Shown here in pieces: positions 24,138 to 35,269 of a stretch of DNA of 64,000 nucleotides. How positions within the stretch are numbered: the stretch's first letter is position 1; every line of letters starts with the position of its first letter. The position numbers were made by a program, and so were the translations under genes. The notes below the pieces were generated by a model. That model was not told the origin of the DNA, did no database searches, and worked only from the letters and a program-made list of their open reading frames with translations. The DNA comes from Ranitomeya imitator (Eukaryota). The stretch covers positions 607,972,001 to 608,036,000 of the forward strand of contig NC_091285.1 of NCBI RefSeq assembly GCF_032444005.1, given 5' to 3'.

Positions 24138-25779
24138 ATGGCATCAGAAAGGAAAGTGGGCTTTAAATACATGTGACAAACCAATCCGAGTGACTGGGTG
24201 TATGGGAAGTGACGTAGCTCTATAGCGGCGCATACGCAGATGACAGCACCCACCTGCGCATCACCAAGGGCGTCATCGGATGTGAGAGCCAGCGCCGCCA
24301 GGCCACACCCACATGGATCACATGGACAGAGCCACAGACGCAAGCCCGAACAGAGCCAAAAGAAGTCGACGCGCATGCGCACAGAGCAAGTGCACGCATG
24401 TAAGAGAAATAAGAATTGCTAACTGTGTGTAATTGAGAATAATATACAGTATTGAGTGTGAAATATGTGAACTGATAAGTACATAAAAGTAGGGTGACCA
24501 ATAATTGTAATAATAGTGATTGGGGCAAGGAGACATACAAATACAATGCAATTAATTATGATACACAACAACAGAAAAAAAAATGATGCGTGGCAATAAT
24601 ACTTAAAATCATTATTACCAAAAAATATGGAAATGTAAGCGTGGTAAAATCAATAACATATGCAAATACAGTGTAATCAATTATGACAAAGAGCAATAAT
24701 AGAAAAACTTTATATCCATAATACATAAGATCAACACTACCAAAAGATATGGCAGTATATACGTGATAGAATCATTATAAATAAGAAAAGCTATTTTATA
24801 TACATATACAGTACATATTAGAGGGAGTGTCATCTTTCTTCAAGAAAAGAAACCTTGACCCGTAGTGGAGAAAGCGTCCGGAGTAAAAATACGAAGACCA
24901 GAATCCATATATAACTATCTAGAATGAAAAGTTTTTTAATTAAAAAAAAATTATATACACATAAAAAAGGAAAAATCAACATACAGTAAATAAAAATGAA
25001 TAAATAAAAGATGCCAGTTAAAAAACATGGGACAAGTGATCAAAAAAAGGAGCGAAACTCAACATTTCATTAAGGCCATACGGTTGTGTTGGTTTGAGCC
25101 TCCATATCCTCCGGGATTCACTCTGTGCCAAAAGTTGACTCAAATTACCACCTAGAAGGACTCAACATTGTCGTCCTTGGCAGCCGCCATTATATCACGT
25201 GTTTTCGTACATGGACCTTAACCCCTTAGTGACAGAGCCAATTTGGTACTTAATGACCAGGCCAATTTTTGCAATTCTGACCACTGTCATTTTATGAGGT
25301 TATAACTCTGGAACGCTTCAACGGATCCCGCTGATTCTGAGATTGTTTTTTCGTGACATATTGTACTTCATGTTAGTGGTAACATTTCTTCGATATTACT
25401 TGCGATTATTTATGAAAAAAACGGAAATATGGCGAAAATTTTTAAAATTTTGCAATTTTCAAACTTTGTATTTTTATGCCCTTAAATCAGAGAGATATGT
25501 CACAAAAAATAGTTAATAAATAACATTTCCCACATGTCTACTTTACATCAGCACAATTTTGGAAACAAAATTTTTTTTTGTTAGGGAGTTATAAGGGTTA
25601 AAAGTTGACCAGCAATTTCTCATTTTTACAACACCATTTTTTTTTAGGGACCACATCACATTTGAAGTCATTTTGAGGGGTCTATATGATAGAAAATAAT
25701 GAAGTGTGACACCATTCTAAAAACTACACCCCTCAAGGTTCTCAAAACCACATTCAAGAAGTTTATTAACCCTTTACGT

Positions 25780-28420
25780 GCTTCACAGGAACTGAAACAA
25801 TGTGGAAGGAAAAAATGAACATTTAACTTTTTTTTGCAAACATCTTAATTCAGAACCATTTTTTTTATTTTCACAAGTGTAAAAACAGAAATGTAACCAT
25901 AAATTTTGTTATACAATTTCTCCTGAATACGCCAATACCCCATATGTGGGGGTAAACCACTTTTTGGGCGCACCGCAGAACTTAGAAGTGAAGGAGCGCC
26001 GTTTGACTTTTTCAATGCAGAATTGGCTGGAATTGAGATCGGACGCCATGTCACGTTTAGAGAGCCCCTGATGTGCCTAAACAGTGGAAACTCCCCACAA
26101 GTGACACCATTTTGGAAACTAGACCCCTTAAGGAACTTATCTAGATGTGTGGTGAGCACTTTGAACCCCCAAGTGCTTCACAGAAGTTTATAACGTAGAG
26201 CTGTGAAAATAAAAAATCGCTTTTGTTTACACAAAAATGATCTTTTCGCCCACAACTTCTTATTTTCACAAGGGTAACAGGAGAAATTAGACCACAAAAG
26301 TTGTTGTGCGATTTCTCCTGAGTACGCTGATACCCAATATGTGGGGGTAAACCACTGTTTGTGCGCACCGCAGAGCTTGGAAGAGAAAGAGTGCCGTTTT
26401 ACTTTTTCAATGTAGAATTGGCTGGAATTGAGATCGGACGCCATGTCGCGTTTGGAGAGCCCCTGATGTGCCTAAACAGTAGAAATCCCCCACAAGTGAC
26501 CCCATTTTGGAAACTAGACCCCCCATGGAACTTATCTAGATGTGTGGTGAGAACCTTGAATGCCCAAGTGCTTCATAGAAGTTTATAATGCAGAGCCGTG
26601 AAAATAAAAAATATTTTTTTTTTCCACAAAAAAGATTTTTTAGCTCCCAAGTTTTTATTTTCACAAGGGTAACAAGAGAAATTGGACCCCAAAAGTTGTT
26701 GTCCAATTTGTCCTGAGTATGCTGGTACCCCATATGTGGGGGTAAACCACTGTTTGGGCGCACGGCAGAGCTCGGAAGCGAAGGAGCGCCTTTTTGGAAT
26801 GCAGACTTTGATAGAATGGTCTGCGGGTATTATGTTGCGATTGCAGAGCCCCTGATGTACCTAAACTGTAGTAACCCCCCACAAGTGACCCCATTTTGGA
26901 AACTAGACCCCCCAAGGAACTTATCTTGATGTGTGGTGAGAACTTTGAATGCCCAAGTGCTTCACAGAAGTTTAGAATGCAGAGTCGTGAAAATAAAAAA
27001 ATTTTTTTTTTCCACAAAAAAGATATTGTAGCCCCCAAGTTTTTATTTTCACAAGGGTAACAGGAGAAATTGGACTGCAATAGTTGTTGTCCAATTTATC
27101 CCGAGTACGCTGATGCGCCATATTGTATGTGGGGGTAGACCACTGTTTGGGCGCACGGCAGAGCTCGGAAGGGAAGGAGCGCCTTTTTGGAATGCAGACT
27201 TTGATAGAATGGTCTGCGGGTATTATGTTGCGATTGCAGAGCCCCTGATGTACCTAAACTGTAGTAACCCCCCACAAGTGACCCCATTTTGGAAACTAGA
27301 CCCCCCAAGGAACTTATCTAGATGTGTGGTGAGAACTTTGAATGCCCAAGTGCTTCACAGAAGTTTAGAATGCAGAGTCGTGAAAATAAAAAATATTTTT
27401 TTTTCCACAAAAAAGATATTGTAGCCCCCAAGTTTTTATTTTCACAAGGGTAACAGGAGAAATTGGACTGCAATAGTTGTTGTCCAATTTATCCCGAGTA
27501 CGCTGATGCGCCATATGTGGGGGTAAACCACTGTTTGGGTGCACGGCAGAGCTCGGAAGGGAAGGAGCGCCTTTTTGGAATGCAGACTTTGATAGAATGG
27601 TCTGTGGGCATTATGTTGCGATTGCAGAGCCCCTGATGTACCTAAACTGTAGTAACCCCCCACAAGTGACCCCATTTTGGAAACTAGACCCCCCAAGGAA
27701 CTTATCTAGATGTGTGGTGAGAACTTTGAATGCCCAAGTGCTTCACAGAAGTTTAGAATGCAGAGTCGTGAAAATAAAAAATATTTTTTTTTCCACAAAA
27801 AAGATATTGTAGCCCCCAAGTTTTTATTTTCACAAGGGTAACAGGAGAAATTGGACTGCAATAGTTGTTGTCCAATTTATCCCGAGTACGCTGATGCGCC
27901 ATATTGTATGTGGGGGTAAACCACTGTTTGGGCGCACGGCAGAGCTCGGAAGGGAAGGAGCGCCTTTTTGGAATGCAGACTTTGATAGAATGGTCTGTGG
28001 GCATTATGTTGCGATTGCAGAGCCCCTGATGTACCTAAACTGTAGTAACCCCCCACAAGTGACCCCATTTTGGAAACTAGACCCCCCAAGGAACTTATCT
28101 AGATGTGTGGTGAGAACTTTGAATGCCCAAGTGCTTCACAGAAGTTTAGAATGCAGAGTCGTGAAAATAAAAAATATTTTTTTTTTCACAAAAAAGATAT
28201 TGTAGCCCCAAAGTTTTTATTTTCACAAGGGTAACAAGAGAAATTGGACCCCAGAAGTTGTTGTCCAATTTATCCCGAGTACGCTGATGCCCCATATGTG
28301 GGGGTAACCCACTGTTTGGGCGCACGGCAGAGCTCAGAAGGGAGGGAGCACCATTTGACTTTTTGAGCGCAAAATTGGCTGTCGTGTTTGGAGACCCCCT
28401 GATGTACCTAAACAGTGGAA
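25780..28420. repeat. Tandem array of ~390-bp units (about 6-7 copies)
   Basis: Marker AAGTGCTTCA at 26171, 26566, 26955, 27348, 27736, 28129 (periods 395, 389, 393, 388, 393). Confidence 0.95.
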
Positions 28421-28424
28421 ACCC

Positions 28425-29273
28425 CCCAACTCTAGCTCCAACCCTAACCCCAACACACCCCTAACCCTAATCCCAACCTGTTCCATAATCCTAATCACTA
28501 ACCCTAACCATAATCACAACCCTTACCCCAAAACAACCCTAATGTCAACCCTAACCATAACCCTAATCAAAACCCTAAATCCAACACACCCCTAATCCTA
28601 ATCTCAACCCTAACCTCAAACCTAACCCTAATCCCAATACACCCCTAATCACAACCCTAACCTTAACCCTAATCCCAAACCTAACCCTAATCCCAAGCGT
28701 AACCCTAATGCCAACCCTAACCCTAATACCAACCCTAATCCAAACCCTAACCCTAATCCCAGCTCTAACCCTAACTTTAGCCCCAACCCTAGCCCTAACT
28801 TTAGCCCCAACCCTAACCCTAGCCCTAAGGCTTCTTTCACACTTGCGTCGTTTGGCATTCCGTCGCAATCCGTCGTTTTGGACAAGAAACGGATCCTGCA
28901 AATGTGCCCGCAGGATGCGGTTTTTGCCCATATACTTGTATTGCCGACGGATCGTGACGGATGGCCACACGTCGCGTCTGTCGTGCACTGGATCAGTTGT
29001 GTTTTGGCGGACCGTTGGCACAAAAAAACGTTCAATGAAATGTTTTTTTGTACGTCGCATCCGCCATTTCTGACCGCGCATGCGTGGCCGTAACTCCGCC
29101 CCCTCCTCCCCAGGACATAGATTGGGCAGCGGATGCGTTGAAAAACTACAGCTGCTGCCCACGTTGTGCACAATTTTCACAACGTGCGTCGGTATGTCGG
29201 GCCGACGCATTGCGACGGCCCCGTACCGACGTAAGTGTGAAAGAAGCCTAACCCTAAATTTAGCCCCAACCCT
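28425..29273. repeat. Degenerate telomere-like (CCCTAA)n tract inside the piggyBac-like element
   Basis: CCCTAA hexamers interleaved with variants (CCCCAA, TCCCAA, CCCTAG); runs into the assembly gap. Confidence 0.9.
28829..29248. mobile_element. Harbinger-type MITE inserted in a CCCTAA unit
   Basis: TIR GGCTTCTTTCACACTT; TAA TSD at 28826-28828 and 29249-29251. Confidence 0.85.
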
Positions 29274-29447
29274 NNNNNNNNNNNNNNNNNNNNNNNNNNN
29301 NNNNNNNNNNNNNNNNNNNNNNNNNNNNNNNNNNNNNNNNNNNNNNNNNNNNNNNNNNNNNNNNNNNNNNNNNNNNNNNNNNNNNNNNNNNNNNNNNNNN
29401 NNNNNNNNNNNNNNNNNNNNNNNNNNNNNNNNNNNNNNNNNNNNNNN
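29274..29447. other. Assembly gap (174 N)
   Basis: Run of N in the sequence. Confidence 1.
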
Positions 29448-31154
29448 CTGCTGTTCTGACAGATGGCGGGCGCACTGCGCATGCGTCCACCATGTTCTTC
29501 TGCCGGCGGCCAGGAGGAGCAGCAAGAGGATCCAGGGACACAGGTGAGTATTGTAGGGTCCCCGAATCCCCCTATTTCTCTGTCCTCTGATGTGCGATCA
29601 CATCAGAGGACAGAGAATTACAATTTACTTTTTTTTTTGCGGTCGCCGGTAAACAGTTAATTACCGGCGATCGCAAAACAGGGGTCGGTAAAACCGACCC
29701 CGATCATGCTCTTTGGGGTCTCGGCTACCCCCGGCAGCCGAGACCCCAAAGATTTTCCCGGTGCCGGCCGGCGGGCGCACTGCGCATGCGCCCGCCATTT
29801 TGAAGATGGCGGCGCCCACCGGGAGACACGAGGAGCATCGGGGGAGCTAGGTGAGTATTGGGGGGCCACCTGGGACCCCTTTTCTCTGTCCTCCGATGTG
29901 CGATTACATCGGAGGACAGAGAAATTAAAAAGAGATCGCGTTTTTTGGGGTTTTTTTTGCGATCGCCGGTAAACGGTTAATTACCGGCGATCGCAAATGC
30001 GGGGTGGGTTAAAAACCCCCCGAATCATGTTCTCTGAGGTCTCGGCTACCCCCGGCAGCCGAGACCCCGGAGAAAATCGGCCTCTGGGGGCCGCTATTGA
30101 CTTTTTCCACAGCGCCGTTAATTAACGGTGCTGTGGTTTAAGTACCCTTAGCGGCCGCCGTTAAAAGGCGTATCGGCGGTCGCTAAGGGGTTAAAGCCCC
30201 TTGTCATGAGGCCCACATAAATTTTATTGCAAGGGCATGTCCCATGATAAACAACCATAGTGGTTTAACAAGTAATTGTTTGAGTAATCAAAAACTCTTT
30301 GCCCTCAGAGGATAGAAAATGATTGGCACTGACAATATTCGGGCAGGAAACACAATTTCCATAGGGTCTGCAACCCCATGGAGAACCACGGGGAACAGAC
30401 TCTATAGAGAAAATGGGGGACGGCTTAGCAGGTTTAAAATAACTCTTAACCAGATGGTCACCCAAGTTTTATGACCTACGAGCTGTAATTGAAGGTCGGG
30501 AAGGTAAGTATTGCCTCAAAATAGGGTCGGCAAGGAGTATGGGCCAATATTTAGACACTGAGTCCTGCATCTCCCTCCAACGTGAGTGATACTGTGTTAC
30601 CAAGCCTTACCTTGTTAGTGGTCCTAGTTTTAGCAGTCGAATACAGGAGTTGATGTCTGTCAGTGTTCTTGGCCCTATTGTTGGCCTTTTTGATACTCCT
30701 CTTCCTATAGCCGCAATTCAAAAAACGAGTTTTCATATCCTCAGGATGGGCCTCAAAAGCTTCATTAGATGAACAAACTCTCCTGATACGGAGAATCTGG
30801 CCAGCGGGAACGGCATTAATCACATGAGGCGGGTGGGATGATGATGAATGTAACACAGAAATAACCGCCGTATCCTTACGGAAGGCATTGGCAAGCAACA
30901 TGCCATCCATACCCCTCTCCACCAGTACATCTAGAAAATCAATCCGAAAAAAATCAAATTCATAAGTAAGATGTATATTAAGCTGATTGTCATTTAGTTC
31001 ACAAAAAAAAAACTGCAATTCAAGAGGTGTGCCTCGCCAGATCAGGAAATGTAAATATACATATAAATCGTACACAGGGCTGGACTGGCACAGTCTTTTA
31101 ACACAATGGGAAAAAAAGTCCTAGAACATCAGCCACAGTGTCCTATCAGCATCA

Positions 31155-34100
31155 GGCCGGCGTCACACTCAGCGTATAAAAATACGGTCCGTAATTTACG
31201 GCCTTAATACGCAGAAAAGTCCCCAAAATAGTGGTCCGTATCTCCTCCGTAGGCAGGGTGTGTCAGCGTATTTTGCGCATGGCATCCTCCGTATGTAATC
31301 CGTATGGCATCCGTACTGCGAGATTTTCTCGCAGGCTTGCAAAACCGACATACGGACATACAATGGATCCATGTTCTCAAAAAATCATAAAAACATATAT
31401 ACTGTCTATATATACATATATCAGTAGACACATATATGTATATATATTAATATTTACTTCAGCGCGATATAGCAGAAAGGCGGTAATTCAATTGCCGCCT
31501 TTTGCTCATTCCTAAACCCGACATGATATGAGACATGGTTTACATACAGTAAACCATCTCATATCCCCATTTTTTTTTGCATATTCCACACTACTAATGT
31601 TAGTAGTGTGTATGTGCAAAATTTGGGCGCTCTAGCTATTAAAATAAAGGGTTAAATGGCGGAAAAAATTGGCGTGGGCTCCCGCGCAATTTTCTCCGCC
31701 AGAGTAGTAAAGCCTGTGACTGAGGGCAGATATTAATAGCCTGGAGAGGGTCCACGGTTTTTGCCCCCCCCCCCCCCCCGGCTAACAACATCTGCCCCCA
31801 GCCACCCCAGAAAAGGCACATCTGGAAGAGGCGCCTATTCTGGCACTTGGCCACTCTCTTCCCATTCCCGTGTAGCGGTGGGATATGGGGTAATGAAGGG
31901 TTAATGTCACCTTGCTATTGTAAGGTGACATTAAGCCAGATTAATAATGCAGAGGCGTCAATTATGACACCTATCCATTATTAATCCAATAGCATGAAAT
32001 GGTTAAAAAAACACACACATATTATTCAAAATTATTTTAATGAAATAAACACACAGTTTGTTTTAATATTTTATTGCTCTCTCAATCCACCTGAAGACCC
32101 TCGCTCTGTAACAAAGGAAAAATAATAAACCAACAATATACATACCTTCCGATGATCTGTAATGTCCCACGATGTAAATCCATCTGAAGGGGTTAAAATA
32201 TTCTACAGGCAGGAGCTCTGCTATAATGCAGCTGTGCTCTTGCCTGTAAAACCCCGGGGAATGAAGGTAATGTAGGTCAATGACCTGTAGTTACCTTCAT
32301 TCACGGTGATGCGCCCTATGCTGGTTGTCCTCATATGAACTCAAGTGTGGGAACTTTCCTGGAAAGCATAAAGCATAATTGACGCCTCTCCATTATTAAT
32401 CTGGCTTAATGTCACCTTACAATAGCAAGGTGACATTAACCCTTCATTACCCCATATCCCACCGCTACACGGGAATGGGAAGAGAGTGGCCAAGTACCAA
32501 AATAGGCGCATCTTCCAGATGTGCCTTTTCTGGGGTGGCTGGGGGCAGATGTTTTTAGCCAGGGGGGGCCAAAAACCATGGACCCTCTCCAGGCTATTAA
32601 TATCTGCCCTCAGTCACTGGCTTTACTACTCTGGCAGAGAAAATTGCGTGGGAGCCCACGCCAATTTTTTCCGCCATTTAACCCTTAAATTTAATAGCTA
32701 GAGCGCCCAAATTTTGCACATACACACTACTAACATTAGTAGTGTGGAATATGAAAAAAAAAATCGGGATATGAGATGGTTTACTGTATGTAAACAATGT
32801 CTCATATCATGTTGGGTTTAGGAAGGAGATAGCAAAAGCCGGCAATTGAATTACCGGCTTTAAAGCTATCTAGCGCTGTATTAAATATTAATATATATAC
32901 ATATGTGTGTCTCAATGACATATATATACAGTGCCTGCAAGTAGTATTCAACCCCCTGCAGATTTAGCAGGTTTACACATTTGGAATTAACTTGGCATTG
33001 TGACATTTGGACTGTAGATCAGCCTGGAAGTGTGAAATGCACTGCAGCAAAAAAGAATGTTATTTCTTTTTTTAAATTGTGAAAAGTCTTTTCAGAGGGT
33101 CATTTATTATTCAACCCATCAACCCACCAGAATTCTGTTTGGTTCCCCTAAAGTATTAAGAAGTAGTTCAGGCACAAAGAACAATGAGCTTCACATGTTT
33201 GGATTAATTATCTCTTTTTCCAGCCTTTTCTGACTATTTAAGACCCTCCCCAAACTTGTGAACAGCACTCATACATGGTCAACATGGGAAAGACAAAGGA
33301 GCATTCCAAGGCCATCAGAGACAAGATCGTGGAGGGTCACAAGGCTGGCAAGGGGTACAAAACCCTTTCCAAGGAGTTGGGCCTACCTGTCTCCACTGTT
33401 GGGAGCATCATCTGGAAGTGGAAGGCTTATGGAACTACTGTTAGCCTTCCACGGCCTGGACAGCCTTTGAAAGTTTCCTCCCGTGCCGAGGCCAGGCTTG
33501 TCCAAAGAGTCAAGGCTAACCCAAGGACAACAAGGAAGGAGCTCCGGGAAGATCTCATGGCAGTGGGGACATTGGTTTCAGTCAATACCATAAGTAACGT
33601 ACTCCACCGCAATGGTCTCCGTTCCAGACGAGCCCGTAAGGTACCTTTACTTTCAAAGCGTCATGTCAAGGCTCGTCTACAGTTTGCTCATGATCACTTG
33701 GAGGACTCTGAGACTGACTGGTTCAAGGTTCTCTGGTCTGATGAGACCAAGATCGAGATCTTTGGTGCCAACCACACACGTGACGTTTGGAGACTGGATG
33801 GCACTGCATAAGACCCCAAGAATACCATCCTTACACTCAAGCATGGTGGTGGCAGCATCATGCTGTGGGGCTGTTTCTCAGCCAAGGGGCCTGGCCATCT
33901 GGTCCGCATCCATGGGAAGATGGATAGCACGGCCTACCTGGAGATTTTGGCCAAGAACCTCCGCTCCTCCATCAAGGATCTTAAGATGGGTCGTCATTTC
34001 ATCTTCCAACAAGACAACGACCCAAAGCACACAGCCAAGAAAACCAAGGCCTGGTTCAAGAGGCCAAAAATCAAGGTGTTGCAGTGGCCTAGTCAGTCTC

Positions 34101-34853
34101 CTGACCTTAACCCAATTGAAAACTTGTGGAAGGAGCTCAAGATTAAAGTCCACATGAGACACCCAAAGAACCTAGATAACTTGGAGAAGATCTGCATGGA
34201 GGAGTGGGCCAAGATAACTCCAGAGACCTGTGCCGGCTGTAATTGCAAACAAAGGTTATTCCACAAAATATTAAACCTAGGGGTTGAATAATAATTGACC
34301 CACACTTTTATGTTTAAAATTTATAAAAATTTAACTGAGCAACAAAACTTTTTGGTTTGTAAGATTTATGCATCTGTTAATAAATCCTGCTCTTGTTTGA
34401 AGTTTGAAGGCTCTAACTTATTTGCATCTTATTAAACCTGCTAAATCTGCAGGGGTTGAATACTACTTGTAGGCACTGTATATACCTATTCTATTTGTAC
34501 ACATTTATTCTACATATTCTATTGTAAGGTGTCCGTGTGATTTTACTGTACACCGCACTGAATTGCCGGCTTTTCTCTCTAACACCGCTGCGTATTTCTC
34601 GCAAGTCACACTGCTGGTCCGTGTGTAATCCGTATTTTTTTGGCCCCCATAGACTTTCATTGGCGGATTTTTTGCGCAATACGGTGACAAACGCAGCATG
34701 CTGCAATTTTCTACGGCCGTAGAAGACCGTATAATACGGATCAGTAAAATACGGCTGATAGGAGCAGGGGCATAGAGAAGCATTGTACCGTATGCAATCC
34801 GTATTTTTAGCACCTCTCTTACGTCCGTAAAACTCGCTAGTGTGAGGCCGGCC
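31155..34853. mobile_element. Harbinger-like non-autonomous element with a 3-bp TCA TSD, long internal inverted repeat and nested Tc1
   Basis: TIR GGCCGGC(G/C)TCACACT; TCA at 31152-31154 and 34854-34856; the empty site cagcaTCAgtcagaag is present in the paralogous segment near 23465-23480. Confidence 0.85.
32929..34478 (+). mobile_element. Tc1 transposon, copy 1 (defective)
   Basis: TA TSD and TIR CAGTGCCT(G/A)CAAGTAGTATTCAACCCC; transposase broken by TAC->TAA at 33809-33811 and a ~32-bp deletion near 34237. Confidence 0.95.
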
Positions 34854-35269
34854 TCAGTCAGAAGAGAGAGGGGTCAACAAATAGCCAACACAGCCCTGCA
34901 GCAGTTTTCATGGATAAACAGCATGGCAGGAGGAGGAGGAGGATGCAGTCCCTGTGTCTACAGCTTATTATCAACATCACTGTGCTCCTGACCTGACCCT
35001 CTTTACTGATTTCTTAGGATGGGGGAAGGGAGTGAAATGAGGAGCTGCCAAGAGAGAAGTGTCAGATCAGGGTTGTCAACAGTACATAAATTCCAGGAGA
35101 GTCCGTTAAAATTGACCACTTTTTTGCACTGTTCTTTAAAAAAAAGGTAAGGTGTTTGTGATTTTTTTTTAAGCTGAAAAAACTTATACAGATTATTATG
35201 ACTGTAATTATCATCATTTTACAATTTGCAGTGAATGCAGCTGATGTCTTTATATGAGAATTATGGCCT

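Larger units (their letters stand above)
25222..30190 (+). mobile_element. Non-autonomous piggyBac-like element (~5 kb) with TTAA TSD
   Basis: TTAA at 25218-25221 and 30191-30194; TIR CCCCTTAG(T/C)GAC; removing it restores the PLE reading frame. Confidence 0.9.
23588..31051 (-). mobile_element. 5'-truncated Penelope-like retroelement (RT C-terminal part, GIY-YIG endonuclease, 3' region with hammerhead motif), split by a piggyBac-like insertion
   Basis: RT part in ORF 30551..31075 (FLIWRG...IDFLDV...FRKDT...HPPH...GQILRIRRVCS); GIY-YIG start VYHGTCPCNKIYVGL (30195-30252); C-terminus LLAQSESRRIWRLKPTQPYGLNEMLSFAPF (within 25045-25161); hammerhead motif at 24096-24137. Confidence 0.85.
22955..35135. 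mobile_element. Possible T2/Kolobok-type host element later expanded by nested insertions
   Basis: TTAA|AGGGAATGTGC at the left and GCACTGTTCT|TTAA at the right; the TIR match is only partial. Confidence 0.3.

Noticed and set aside
25780-28420. CRISPR-like reading of regularly spaced repeats (also the 60-bp array)
   Set aside because: Whole units repeat with no unique spacers, there are no cas genes and the context is eukaryotic.
28425-29273. Chromosome-fusion or true telomere remnant
   Set aside because: Single orientation, highly degenerate and enclosed by transposon TIRs and a TTAA TSD.
28575-29525. 316-aa and 174-aa ORFs with RVRV / LGLG repeats
   Set aside because: Translation of the CCCTAA-like tract and a MITE, extended artificially through the N gap.
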